The position numbers and the translations under genes were made by a program. Under the pieces are notes generated by a model, which was not told where the DNA came from, ran no database searches, and saw only the letters and a program-made list of their open reading frames with translations. A stretch of DNA of 64,000 nt from Alphaproteobacteria bacterium (GTDB taxonomy: Bacteria > Pseudomonadota > Alphaproteobacteria > Bin95), in assembly GCA_965202745.1 (NCBI GenBank), contig CBDBCB010000012.1:18463-82462 (forward strand). Reading direction: 5' to 3'. Shown here in pieces: positions 17,006 to 25,329 of this stretch; the first letter of the stretch is position 1, and every line of letters begins with the position of its first letter.

Positions 17006-18525
17006 CAGCTCCCCCTCTCCGCTCCGCCGGGCATCTTGAGCCGCCTGCCTTCCTCCTCGGCGACGGCGGCGTCGAGGAAGGCGTTGCAGTCCTCCAGTTC
17101 GCGCCGGGTCTCCGCGACCGAGCGCCAGTCGACGGCGGCGGTCCAGCGCTGGGCGTAGTCGAGCATGCGGATCAGCGGTTCCGGCCGTCCGCTTTGCGAC
17201 AGCGCCTTGAGGGCCGAGAGGTAGTTGACGCGATAGACCGTCGGGATGACGATGCGCTCCTCCTCCCCGGCGGCGATCAGTTCGGCGTTCATCAGCACGC
17301 GAGCGGTGCGCCCGTTGCCGCCGGCGAAGGGACGAACCTCGGAGACCAGGAACATGATGAACACGGCGCGCTGGAACGGCGTTTCCAGGCTGCGACAGAG
17401 CGTGAAGCCCTGGTCCAGGGTGCCTGCCACCAGGTCGGGGGTGACGAAGACGGTCGAGCCCGCGCGGTTCTCCGATAGCTTGAACATGCCCGGCCCCTTG
17501 TCGGGACGGCTCTCCATGATGGCGGCGTGGCGGGCCTTGAGCAGCCGAGTCAGGTCCTCGCCGCTTTCGGGCGTGCGCGTTATCTCCCGGGCGTCGGAGA
17601 CGATGCGCCAGGTGCCGAGCACGTCGTGGGCATCCTGGGGCCGCTCGTTGGGGATGACGCCGCGAAAGACGATGTCGGCGGCCTCCTCGACGGCGAACTC
17701 GGTGCCCTCGATGAAGTTCGAAAAATAGGCCTCGAAGAAGGCAAGCGTGGCGTCGCCTTCCGGGCCTCGGGCCGGGGCGATGCGGGCCAGCGGCGGATGA
17801 TCGCGCAATGCCGCGTGCAGGCTCTGGAACAGCGCCATCCGGTCCGGGTCGAACGGCCGCCCTTTCTGGCGGGCAATGGCGGCGGGTGCGCTCAGTTCGG
17901 ACTCTCGAATGCCCAGCAGGGAACCGATCAGGGCGTCGAGCTCGGCCGCCTCGTCGTCCATATCGAGCGCCTTGCCGGCGGTGCGGATCTCGTCGCGCAG
18001 GCGGTTGGCGGCGTCCTCGCCGGATCGCCGGATCAGGGTGTCCAGCCGTTCCTCGAACTCGTTGCGCGACAGGGTGCGGCCGCCTAGGCCGCCGCGCGCG
18101 CGTGACGGGCGCATGTTTTCCAGATAGGCTCGTGCCGTCGAGCTCAGGAACAGGCCGGCGATGAAGGGCCGGTCCGTGGCAAGAGGGGCAACGCCGCGTC
18201 GAGGGCGCAGGGTGTGCCCCGGCAGCTTGATGTCGCGCCCCGTGTCGGAAACCAGGCAGACCGAGCCGTCATCGGCCGGAGCGTTTTCCAGCGCCGTGCG
18301 GTCGGCGATCAGCGCACCGGGAAAGTAACCGGCGACGATATTCCAGAGATTGCGCCCGACGACCGCGTCGGGCGGATCGGCCAGATTTCGGGTATAAAGC
18401 CGGGACGCGAGCTTGCGCAGCCTGCCCGCCTTGACTGCGCGCGATACCTCACGGCTGATCGCCGTATCCGACACGAAGGCCTCGGGCATCTCGTCGATAG
18501 CTTTGGCAGCGGAAATTTCCGGCAT
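17005..18525 (-). CDS. Fic-fold protein with degenerate active-site motif and an N-terminal AbiEi-like wHTH region
   Basis: RPFAGGNGRTAR replaces HxFx(D/E)GNGRxxR, so the catalytic His is Arg. It retains SNFIEG ((S/T)xxxE(G/N)). Its stop overlaps the hsdR ATG (TGATG). The AbiEi-like N-terminal assignment is by resemblance only. Confidence 0.7.
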   Translation of the reverse strand: MPEISAAKAIDEMPEAFVSDTAISREVSRAVKAGRLRKLASRLYTRNLADPPDAVVGRNLWNIVAGYFPGALIADRTALENAPADDGSVCLVSDTGRDIKLPGHTLRPRRGVAPLATDRPFIAGLFLSSTARAYLENMRPSRARGGLGGRTLSRNEFEERLDTLIRRSGEDAANRLRDEIRTAGKALDMDDEAAELDALIGSLLGIRESELSAPAAIARQKGRPFDPDRMALFQSLHAALRDHPPLARIAPARGPEGDATLAFFEAYFSNFIEGTEFAVEEAADIVFRGVIPNERPQDAHDVLGTWRIVSDAREITRTPESGEDLTRLLKARHAAIMESRPDKGPGMFKLSENRAGSTVFVTPDLVAGTLDQGFTLCRSLETPFQRAVFIMFLVSEVRPFAGGNGRTARVLMNAELIAAGEEERIVIPTVYRVNYLSALKALSQSGRPEPLIRMLDYAQRWTAAVDWRSVAETRRELEDCNAFLDAAVAEEEGRRLKMPGGAERGS

Positions 18526-18621
18526 TAACGGACCTCCGGGTGCGAGAGTACGGAAAATATCTCGATTAAGGAAGGATTTTTGAGAATTTTGTCGATTTTA
18601 GTCATGGGAAACGAAAGAAAC

Positions 18622-18646
18622 TGGATTCTGGATTCCCGGTGGATTC
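18622..18646. promoter_or_regulatory. three TGGATTC direct repeats in the AT-rich leader of the Fic/R-M operon (candidate operator)
   Basis: cTGGATTCTGGATTCccggTGGATTCcc, about 100 bp upstream of the Fic-like ATG at 18525, inside a 215-bp intergenic region. Confidence 0.3.
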
Positions 18647-18740
18647 CCAAAAAATCCGGGCTGTTGCTGGCGATCCACCGCGCCTCACCCGCCCGTATGG
18701 AATTTTCGCGAGGAAGGACCCGTGCATTTTGCGAAACGGA

Positions 18741-19550
18741 TCAGTGTCCACCCGCCTCCCGTCGCAGGTCCTGGAGCCGCAGCAGCATGGCCAGGGTGCG
18801 CTCCAGCTTGCGGTCCAGATGCACCTCGTAACGGGCCAGGCGCGACAGCTTGTCGGGATCGAGTGACTGGCCGAACGCCTGCGCCCGGATGAGCTGACGG
18901 TTTTCCAGCTCCTTGCGTCGCTGGACGTACCACGGCCGAAGGTCCTTCTCGATAAACCGGCGAAGACCCTCTGCATCGGCAGTGAACGGGTTCTCGTCCT
19001 CGTCGAAATCCTCCGGATCGCGGGAAATCATGTCCTCCCACCATTCGCGGGTATCGGCCCGGAGCGCTGCGACCGCTTGCTCGTAGGCTTTGGGTTTCCC
19101 CGCACCCAGGATGGTGACGGCCTTGGCGGTCATGCCCTCGTCCTCGTCCAGGTCGGAAGATTCCTCTGCCGTTTCCTCTTGCGTGTTGCGGATCGCATCG
19201 ACGACCCGCTCGATCTGCTTGCCTCCATCCAGATGCACCAGCGCGGCCTTGACCGTGCCCCAATAGGGTTCGGTGGCGTCCTCAAGACCGTGTTGATGAG
19301 CGGCCGCTTCGGCGAGCCGCAGCCGGCGTTTCCGCCACAGAATACCGGCCAGTTCTTCGACCAGGTGCTCCTCGGTCGGCCCGTTCGTGCGATGCTCGGA
19401 AACCAGGGATGCCACCAGGGCGGCGTATTCGTCGGCGTCTTCCCAGGGCAGCACGGTGTAACTGGAGAGAACGCCGTGCTTGAGGGCGTTGAAGCGGGGG
19501 ATCTCGGTCCCGGCGCTCTCCGCCGGCAGGAAGTCTCGGGTCTCGGTCAT
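18741..19550 (-). CDS. hypothetical protein (acidic, helical, 269 aa)
   Basis: The coding-looking part of ORF 18741..20396 starts at MTETRDFLPAESAG (ATG 19550). This ATG overlaps the stop of the upstream gene (ATGA). Confidence 0.6.
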   Translation of the reverse strand: MTETRDFLPAESAGTEIPRFNALKHGVLSSYTVLPWEDADEYAALVASLVSEHRTNGPTEEHLVEELAGILWRKRRLRLAEAAAHQHGLEDATEPYWGTVKAALVHLDGGKQIERVVDAIRNTQEETAEESSDLDEDEGMTAKAVTILGAGKPKAYEQAVAALRADTREWWEDMISRDPEDFDEDENPFTADAEGLRRFIEKDLRPWYVQRRKELENRQLIRAQAFGQSLDPDKLSRLARYEVHLDRKLERTLAMLLRLQDLRREAGGH

Positions 19551-20206
19551 GGCCAGAAGGTTCCTTTCCGTTTGGGGGTGTCGATGCGGTTCAGCAGCTT
19601 TTCGGCGCGAATCAGAAAAGCCTCGTCGGCAAACCGCTCTGCCTCGTAGACTTCCTCGCGCAGGCGCTCGTAGGTGCGCCGCCACATGCCCGTGGGACGC
19701 GGCGGGAACGGCATCGCCATGCCGGGTTCGCCGCCAAGGCGTATGCGGATTTTGTTGGCCCGGCGCAGTGCCCGGTCCCACATGCCCTCGCTCTGGCTGG
19801 CGTGCGCCAGGCGATAGCAATGCCGGCACAGAAGATACCGTCCTGGCCCGTGCAGCTTGACGACGCGCCGGCCGCAGGGGATCCCGTTCACGACACCGGG
19901 GCAGATGAAATAGGGTCGCATCCCGCCGAACCGGCAGGGAACTTGGACGATGCGGACGGTCTCCTCCACATCTTCCCATTCGCCGCCCGCGATGCGCACC
20001 CGATAGGACAGGTGCAGCCGATCTCCCTCGGCGCGCAGGTTGATGGACGCCACCTTCTCGCCGTCGCGGCTCCACTGCCAGCCGCCTTGCCACCCGGAAC
20101 GCAGACAACCCTCCCGGTGGAGCCGGTTCACGTCGATGGAACGGCAGGACTCCACCGTATCGTGCCCCAGGCCCCACGACCGCCCCGATCCGAGACCACC
20201 CATCAT
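19547..20206 (-). CDS. hypothetical protein with Cys-rich zinc-ribbon-like motifs
   Basis: 219 aa with CRFGG...FICPG...CGRR...CRHC. ATGA overlaps on both sides. Confidence 0.6.
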   Translation of the reverse strand: MMGGLGSGRSWGLGHDTVESCRSIDVNRLHREGCLRSGWQGGWQWSRDGEKVASINLRAEGDRLHLSYRVRIAGGEWEDVEETVRIVQVPCRFGGMRPYFICPGVVNGIPCGRRVVKLHGPGRYLLCRHCYRLAHASQSEGMWDRALRRANKIRIRLGGEPGMAMPFPPRPTGMWRRTYERLREEVYEAERFADEAFLIRAEKLLNRIDTPKRKGTFWP

Positions 20207-20736
20207 GTGCTCCCGTTTTTTCCGAAATCGTTTGGAAAGTCGGTCGGTTTTTCGACGCCCATGGCGACAAGAGCGGTGACAGCGTCAGCTTTCCGGGCCT
20301 GGTGCCAACCGGCCCAGCAGCGGGAATGCAGCCAGGCATGGCCATGGGTATCGGTCCCGAAGGGCAACAGGGGATCGTTGGCGCTGTCACCACCATCGCA
20401 GGCGAGGCACCGGTCGGGCGAGGAGGTCAGCGGGTGCCGGTTCATCCATTCGGCGACGCAACAGGCAAAGGCCCGTACTTCGGCCTCGGGGCGCGGGAGG
20501 CCGCCATCGAACTCGGCGATCCCGGCCCGCTCGTCGAAAAACACCCGCCAGTCTCCGGCATTCCACCCGTCGTCACCAGGACGCAGCAGGGCAACGATCC
20601 CGGCCTTGTTGCGGGACAGGGCGTCGAGAATGACATTCGACGGCGGAGACGAGGCTTCGAGAACCAGGTCGTCACCATGAAGGTCAATCCCGACACCGGC
20701 AGCCCGTGCCGCCCGGAGGGCTTCCACCACCGTCAT
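20203..20736 (-). CDS. hypothetical protein (177 aa, Cys/His/Trp-rich C-terminal half)
   Basis: ATGA overlap with the P-loop NTPase gene stop. Contains CLACDGG...HGHAWLHSRCW. No family recognised. Confidence 0.55.
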   Translation of the reverse strand: MTVVEALRAARAAGVGIDLHGDDLVLEASSPPSNVILDALSRNKAGIVALLRPGDDGWNAGDWRVFFDERAGIAEFDGGLPRPEAEVRAFACCVAEWMNRHPLTSSPDRCLACDGGDSANDPLLPFGTDTHGHAWLHSRCWAGWHQARKADAVTALVAMGVEKPTDFPNDFGKNGST

Positions 20737-22748
20737 AGCGTCGCCCTCCAGCCCTGCTGTCCGTTTTCTTCCGGATCGGATTGCGATGGATGTTTTGCGT
20801 CCGTTGCGTCCGCACCGTCCGTATCCTTGGTTTTCAAGGGATTGGCGCTGACGGATGAAACCGTGTCGTTCCGTCCTGCGCCCGCTCCAGCGTCCGCAGT
20901 GCCGTCAACCGTCCGCATGGTGGTGTCGCGGAAAAAGTTGGCTCCGTTGCCGCTCGGCGGGATCGCGGACGATGCAGACGGTACGGACGGTTGGGCCCCG
21001 CCGCTATCCGGATTGGCAAGACTTCCCTTGGCCGTCATGTGGATGATCCGGGTGCGTGCCCGGCCTTCCTTGGCGTAATCGATCTCGATGCCGACCTTGC
21101 GCAGGAAGGCGGCGGCCCGGCGCAGGCGGCCGGACAAGGCCCGAGGGTTGGTGGGCCAGGTCTTGGACTTGGCGACACGCTCCCCGGCTTCCTCGGCAAG
21201 GGCGCCCAGAAGGTCCGTCGCCGTTCCGGTCCACTCCGTCCGCTCCACCATCACAGCGCGCACCGCCGCCGCCACGGGATCTGCTTCGATCACATTCTCG
21301 ACCGCCTCGTCCCGGTTTTCGCAATAGGCCGACCAGAAGGCGCCGGCGGGCCAGATGGCGGTCTCGCAGGCCGATGCCCACAGGGCGAAGTCCGCCATGC
21401 GGGGCAGCTTCGGCAGATGCGTGTCCGGGAGACGCTTCAGGCCTTCCGCCACCGCGTCGAGAAGCACCCCCAGTATTCTCGGCCTTTCGGACTCGAAGGC
21501 GGCCCAAAGTTCCGCCTCTGGGCGCCGGCTGTCCTCGGGAATAGCCTCCAGGGTCAGGAACACCGCCCGGTCGGCGAGATCGGGCCTTGTCACGATGTCC
21601 TCGATGCCGTTGAGGATCACCGGACGGGCGGCGTCGAACAGCACCTCGTCCTGGTCGGTATAGAGCTGACGGACCGCGAATCCGCCGCCGGTCGCCAGCC
21701 GACAGAGCGTGTCCGATATCCACGCCGGCAGGCCCGAGACGTTGTCGAAAGCGAGCACATGCCCGTTGTTGGCGGCGATGAAAAGGTCGCGGTCTTCGCG
21801 CGGCAGAGCGCGCAACGGTGCTGTGTTGGGATCGAGCAAAGACCGCAGGATGGCCGAAAAGGTGGACTTGGCCGAGCCCTGCTCGCCCGACAGCACGATC
21901 ACCGGATAGGGGCCGCGATTGCGCAGCACCGCCAGCGCCCAGGCCACCACGAGCACGAAGTCGGCACGGGACGGCACGTTGAGGAAGGAGCGCAGGGCAT
22001 CAACCGATCCACCCGGAATCGGGACCGGCAAGGGTTTCATTCCGGCGGCACGGCGAAACCGCACCGGCGGTTTTTCGACCACCTGCCACCCGGTCGTCGC
22101 AATCTCGATGGCGCGCCAGGCTTCGTCGCCGAGGTCGAGATAGAGTTTGCCATCGATCCCGCCGACCCGAATGAACACCGGCAGTTCCGGTGCATCGAAA
22201 TGCGCCTTCGCCTCGACCACGTTGAGCGCGGATTGCAGGGCCTCCGAACTCGGCGCGCCGCCCGTCGCCTCGAAGAACCGCCGCGCCAGCCAGCGCTTGA
22301 ACCCCTTGGTGCGAACCGGCCAGGTTTCCCGGTGCCCGTTGATGTCCAGATCGGCGAAAGCCGTGCCATCGGCGGAATGGAACAACTCGGCGGTCTCGGA
22401 AAGATCGATCAGGATGTCGGCCTGGGTCGGCCCCCGGCCGCCGTCTCCGCTTTCCTCCATGATCGCCTCGTCGAGGGAAGTCACGCGGCATCCGGCTTTC
22501 TTCAGCTGCGCCCTCAACGCCTCGAAGCCGGCGCGATCCTCCTTCTTCATCGCCGACAGCCGCGCCAGCACGTCGGGCGTGAACGGCGCGCCGGGATCGT
22601 CAGCCACCCGCTCGACAAGCCCGTCCAGCGGATCGGGGATTTCCTCGGCGCCGGCGATGGCAGCCGCTATCGGGTTTTCATCATCATCCGGGATTCCGTC
22701 CGGAACCGCATCCGGGAACACGGTCTCGTCGACCTTGTCCATTGTCAT
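20733..22748 (-). CDS. P-loop NTPase, primase-associated helicase-like (VirE/D5-type Walker A)
   Basis: Walker A VLSGEQGSAKSTF. 671 aa. Translationally coupled (ATGA) to the toprim gene upstream. Confidence 0.65.
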   Translation of the reverse strand: MTMDKVDETVFPDAVPDGIPDDDENPIAAAIAGAEEIPDPLDGLVERVADDPGAPFTPDVLARLSAMKKEDRAGFEALRAQLKKAGCRVTSLDEAIMEESGDGGRGPTQADILIDLSETAELFHSADGTAFADLDINGHRETWPVRTKGFKRWLARRFFEATGGAPSSEALQSALNVVEAKAHFDAPELPVFIRVGGIDGKLYLDLGDEAWRAIEIATTGWQVVEKPPVRFRRAAGMKPLPVPIPGGSVDALRSFLNVPSRADFVLVVAWALAVLRNRGPYPVIVLSGEQGSAKSTFSAILRSLLDPNTAPLRALPREDRDLFIAANNGHVLAFDNVSGLPAWISDTLCRLATGGGFAVRQLYTDQDEVLFDAARPVILNGIEDIVTRPDLADRAVFLTLEAIPEDSRRPEAELWAAFESERPRILGVLLDAVAEGLKRLPDTHLPKLPRMADFALWASACETAIWPAGAFWSAYCENRDEAVENVIEADPVAAAVRAVMVERTEWTGTATDLLGALAEEAGERVAKSKTWPTNPRALSGRLRRAAAFLRKVGIEIDYAKEGRARTRIIHMTAKGSLANPDSGGAQPSVPSASSAIPPSGNGANFFRDTTMRTVDGTADAGAGAGRNDTVSSVSANPLKTKDTDGADATDAKHPSQSDPEENGQQGWRATL

Positions 22749-23644
22749 TGCCGGCCCTCCCGGTTGCGGAGCGCCTGGGCGGTCAGCATGTCGTTGAAGT
22801 CCTGCCCGCGCGGCGGCCGGACGATGCGCACGCGCCGGCCCTTCCGTTGCCAGCGCAGGGCGCAGTCGCGGGCGGCGGCCTCGCCGGGATCGTCTCCGTC
22901 GGCCAGAACGATCACCTCGCGCACATCGCCGGGCAGGTCGAGCGCCCGCAGCCCGGAGGTGGACAGCGCCGCCCAGGTGGGGTTTCCCGTTGCGTGCATG
23001 GCCGCGAGGCAGGTCTCGATGCCTTCGCCGACCATCAGCAGGTCGGAGTGCGCCGCAAGGCGGACCGCCCCGCCCCGACAGGGACCGAGCATCATCTTCT
23101 GCGGATCGACCGGCGCCTTGCCACTGCCGTCGTGCCCCAGAAACGTGCGGTGGATGGCCAGCGGGGCATCGTCGGGACCACGGGAGACGAGCGCCACCAT
23201 GGCGGGCCAGGTCCCGCCCGAGGGGTGCCTCAATCCGCCGTGAAACCGCAAGGCCGATGAGCCCTGCAGGCGCAGGCCACGCGATTGCAGGTAGTCTTCG
23301 GCCAGGGTGTTCGAGGCCGAGACCGCCGCCCGCCAGATGCGGAGCGCGTATTCCGTCCTGTCCGAGTCGCCGCGTTCCGGCGGCGTGTTTTTTGGTTGGC
23401 GGACCTTGACGGCCCGGGACCGATCAAATTGCCGTCCGCGCTGGTCCCACAAGCCACGGGCGCGCAGGGCGTCGATCAGCTGGGCCTGGTCGCATCCGGC
23501 GTGGCAGCGCAGCAGGACCTTGCCGTCCTTGCCCGTCGACAGGGACAGGCTGGGATTGCGGTCGTCATGGGCGGGACAGCGGGCGATCCAGCCGCTCCCG
23601 ATTTTGCGCCCGCCGAGGGCCTTGGCGATGGGTTCAGCGGTCAT
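22745..23644 (-). CDS. toprim-domain primase-like protein with N-terminal zinc finger
   Basis: CPAHDDRNPSLS...RCHAGC zinc-binding motif. Toprim Glu (MVGEGIETC) and DxD (LADGDDPGE). Confidence 0.8.
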   Translation of the reverse strand: MTAEPIAKALGGRKIGSGWIARCPAHDDRNPSLSLSTGKDGKVLLRCHAGCDQAQLIDALRARGLWDQRGRQFDRSRAVKVRQPKNTPPERGDSDRTEYALRIWRAAVSASNTLAEDYLQSRGLRLQGSSALRFHGGLRHPSGGTWPAMVALVSRGPDDAPLAIHRTFLGHDGSGKAPVDPQKMMLGPCRGGAVRLAAHSDLLMVGEGIETCLAAMHATGNPTWAALSTSGLRALDLPGDVREVIVLADGDDPGEAAARDCALRWQRKGRRVRIVRPPRGQDFNDMLTAQALRNREGRQ

Positions 23645-23930
23645 GGCACCCCTCCTTGTCGTCAGGGATGGCCGCGCCGGTATTGTCGTTGGCGGGCACC
23701 GGCGGTTCGGCCCGCGACCACTCGGCCAGAACGGAAAAGAAACCGGCGACGTTGTCGGCGATCTGTTTTGCCTCGTCGCGGCTCAGGTCGCGTCCGATGC
23801 GCGGTTGCCAGACCTCACGGGTTCGTTCGATCCGGTTGTCATCCAAATTGTCGTTTGCAGCTTTCACCGAATATCTCACGGCCGGCTTTCCGCCGCTCCG
23901 TGCCTCTGATCTTCGGCCTCGGATTCCCAC
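23634..23930 (-). CDS. hypothetical small protein
   Basis: 98-aa ORF overlapping the toprim gene start by 11 nt. Start codon uncertain. No motif recognised. Confidence 0.4.
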   Translation of the reverse strand: MGIRGRRSEARSGGKPAVRYSVKAANDNLDDNRIERTREVWQPRIGRDLSRDEAKQIADNVAGFFSVLAEWSRAEPPVPANDNTGAAIPDDKEGCHDR

Positions 23931-24004
23931 CGATAACGTCGGATCGTATCGTCATTTGCATATCCGGCGTCCCCATCCTAGGGATCGCCCGCTCGCGCAC
24001 CTTG

Positions 24005-24220
24005 TCAGCGCGGCAGGTCGTCCTCCGGTATGGTGAACTTGTGGGACTTGCCTGCCTCGATCACGAGGTCGCGCTTGTTGTTCTTGCCGATGGCGCTGGT
24101 GATGGCGCACCGGAAATGTCCGTGCCGCAAACCGTCCATGACGACTTCGAACAGCCGGTTGAGGGCTTCACGGGCCTGCGGCCCGCAGGGGGTCGAGTTG
24201 ATGTCGTTGTGATCATGCAT
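24005..24220 (-). CDS. hypothetical small protein (71 aa)
   Basis: ORF in series with its neighbours, overlapping the upstream gene by 8 nt. Confidence 0.45.
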   Translation of the reverse strand: MHDHNDINSTPCGPQAREALNRLFEVVMDGLRHGHFRCAITSAIGKNNKRDLVIEAGKSHKFTIPEDDLPR

Positions 24221-24482
24221 TGTGCAGCAGCGCCTTCATGTCCTTGATGATGGAGGAGAACGCCAGGGGCGGAACGGTGGTCCGGTCACCGAAAAAAGAC
24301 AGTACATCGGCCTCCCGGCCGTGCCTGTCCTCGAAGACGAACACTTTTCGCCGGCCTTCGGCACGCATCTCCAGCAGGGCGTAGCCCGTGCACCGCAGGA
24401 AGCAGGCGAGATAAAAGTCCCGCGTCTCGAAGGGCCGGCTCCGCTGCGGCATCTGCCTTGCCGTTTCCTGTACAGTTGTCAA
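24213..24482 (-). CDS. hypothetical small protein (DUF5659-like by resemblance)
   Basis: FETRDFYLACFLRCTGYALL...RKVFVFED pattern resembles the DUF5659 family; assignment from memory only. Confidence 0.5.
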   Translation of the reverse strand: MTTVQETARQMPQRSRPFETRDFYLACFLRCTGYALLEMRAEGRRKVFVFEDRHGREADVLSFFGDRTTVPPLAFSSIIKDMKALLHNA

Positions 24483-24507
24483 TTCACATACTCCTTAAAA
24501 AAGGGGT

Positions 24508-25290
24508 TCAGCCGGCGCCGAAAATCCGCTGGTGCGGCACCTCGCGCATCAAAAGACCCAGCTTCTCCAGCCTGATCCGCATGGCGATGGGCGAGACGAG
24601 AAACTTCTCGGCGAACGGTCGGGCGAGCTGATCGAGCGCTTCGTCGTCGCTTTCGGAGCAGTCATATTCGCCGACTTGGCAGGAAATCCGGGGCACCTCG
24701 ACGAACGGATGATCGACCGGGGCATTCGGAGAGAGCACCCGCCGCTTGCGGTCCGGAAAGGCCTTGTCCCAAGCGGCGAAAACAAGCTTGCGCGGCATCA
24801 GCAGGCATGACGCATAGAAGTCCGCCTGCCATTCGACACGCTCCTTCGCCTGACTCGACCGGCAAACCACGAACGGGGCGGCCTTGCCGCCGAACAGCGA
24901 TGCCTGGGCCGCGTCCTTGGCAAACAGATGCCGGTGAAGCCGCCAATGGCCGCCGCCCTCATGCGCCAGGGTGAAACGGTAGCGTCCTTCCCTCGCCGGA
25001 TTCTCCTCGGGATCGAGGCTTTCGTCGATGACGATGCGTTTCTCATCGAAGAACATCGCACCGAGGATGTCCGGCCCCTGACCGAGATCGAGGCCGGCGC
25101 GGGGAAGCCCGAACAGGTCGTGGGTATCGTTGAACTCGATGCCGAGCTTGAGGTGCTTTTCGACAATGTCTTCGATGGGAATAAGCGGCTCGATGACCAC
25201 GCTGCGCGCCCGGGCGAACTCGGCAAGCAACGCCTCTGCGTCGAGTTCCATGGCCTCCTCGGCCAGATAGGGTACATTCCTGGGCATCAA
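24508..25290 (-). CDS. ImmA/IrrE-family metallopeptidase-like protein
   Basis: RYRFTLAHEGGGHWRLH resembles the ImmA HExxH region but has one extra Gly (HEGGGH). Lies directly downstream of an XRE regulator gene. Confidence 0.7.
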   Translation of the reverse strand: MMPRNVPYLAEEAMELDAEALLAEFARARSVVIEPLIPIEDIVEKHLKLGIEFNDTHDLFGLPRAGLDLGQGPDILGAMFFDEKRIVIDESLDPEENPAREGRYRFTLAHEGGGHWRLHRHLFAKDAAQASLFGGKAAPFVVCRSSQAKERVEWQADFYASCLLMPRKLVFAAWDKAFPDRKRRVLSPNAPVDHPFVEVPRISCQVGEYDCSESDDEALDQLARPFAEKFLVSPIAMRIRLEKLGLLMREVPHQRIFGAG

Positions 25291-25329
25291 TCCTTCATCC
25301 TCATCTGCATCTGCCGCCAGTCAGGGCTC

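Noticed and set aside
13070-17158. 1362-aa plus-strand ORF, the longest in the window
   Set aside because: It runs antisense to hsdM and hsdR, which carry unmistakable motifs. Its translation is low-complexity (G/A/V/D/L/R-rich) with no motif. This is a typical stop-free antisense frame in GC-rich coding DNA.
18741-20396. 551-aa ORF as listed
   Set aside because: Only the last 269 codons (from ATG 19550) look like protein. The upstream 280 codons are Arg/Pro/Gly-rich and overlap two better genes (19547..20206 and 20203..20736) read in other frames.
20991-23243. 750-aa plus-strand ORF opposite the primase/NTPase genes
   Set aside because: It is antisense to two genes with Walker A and toprim motifs. 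It is Arg/Gly/Pro-rich and low-complexity, with no start context.
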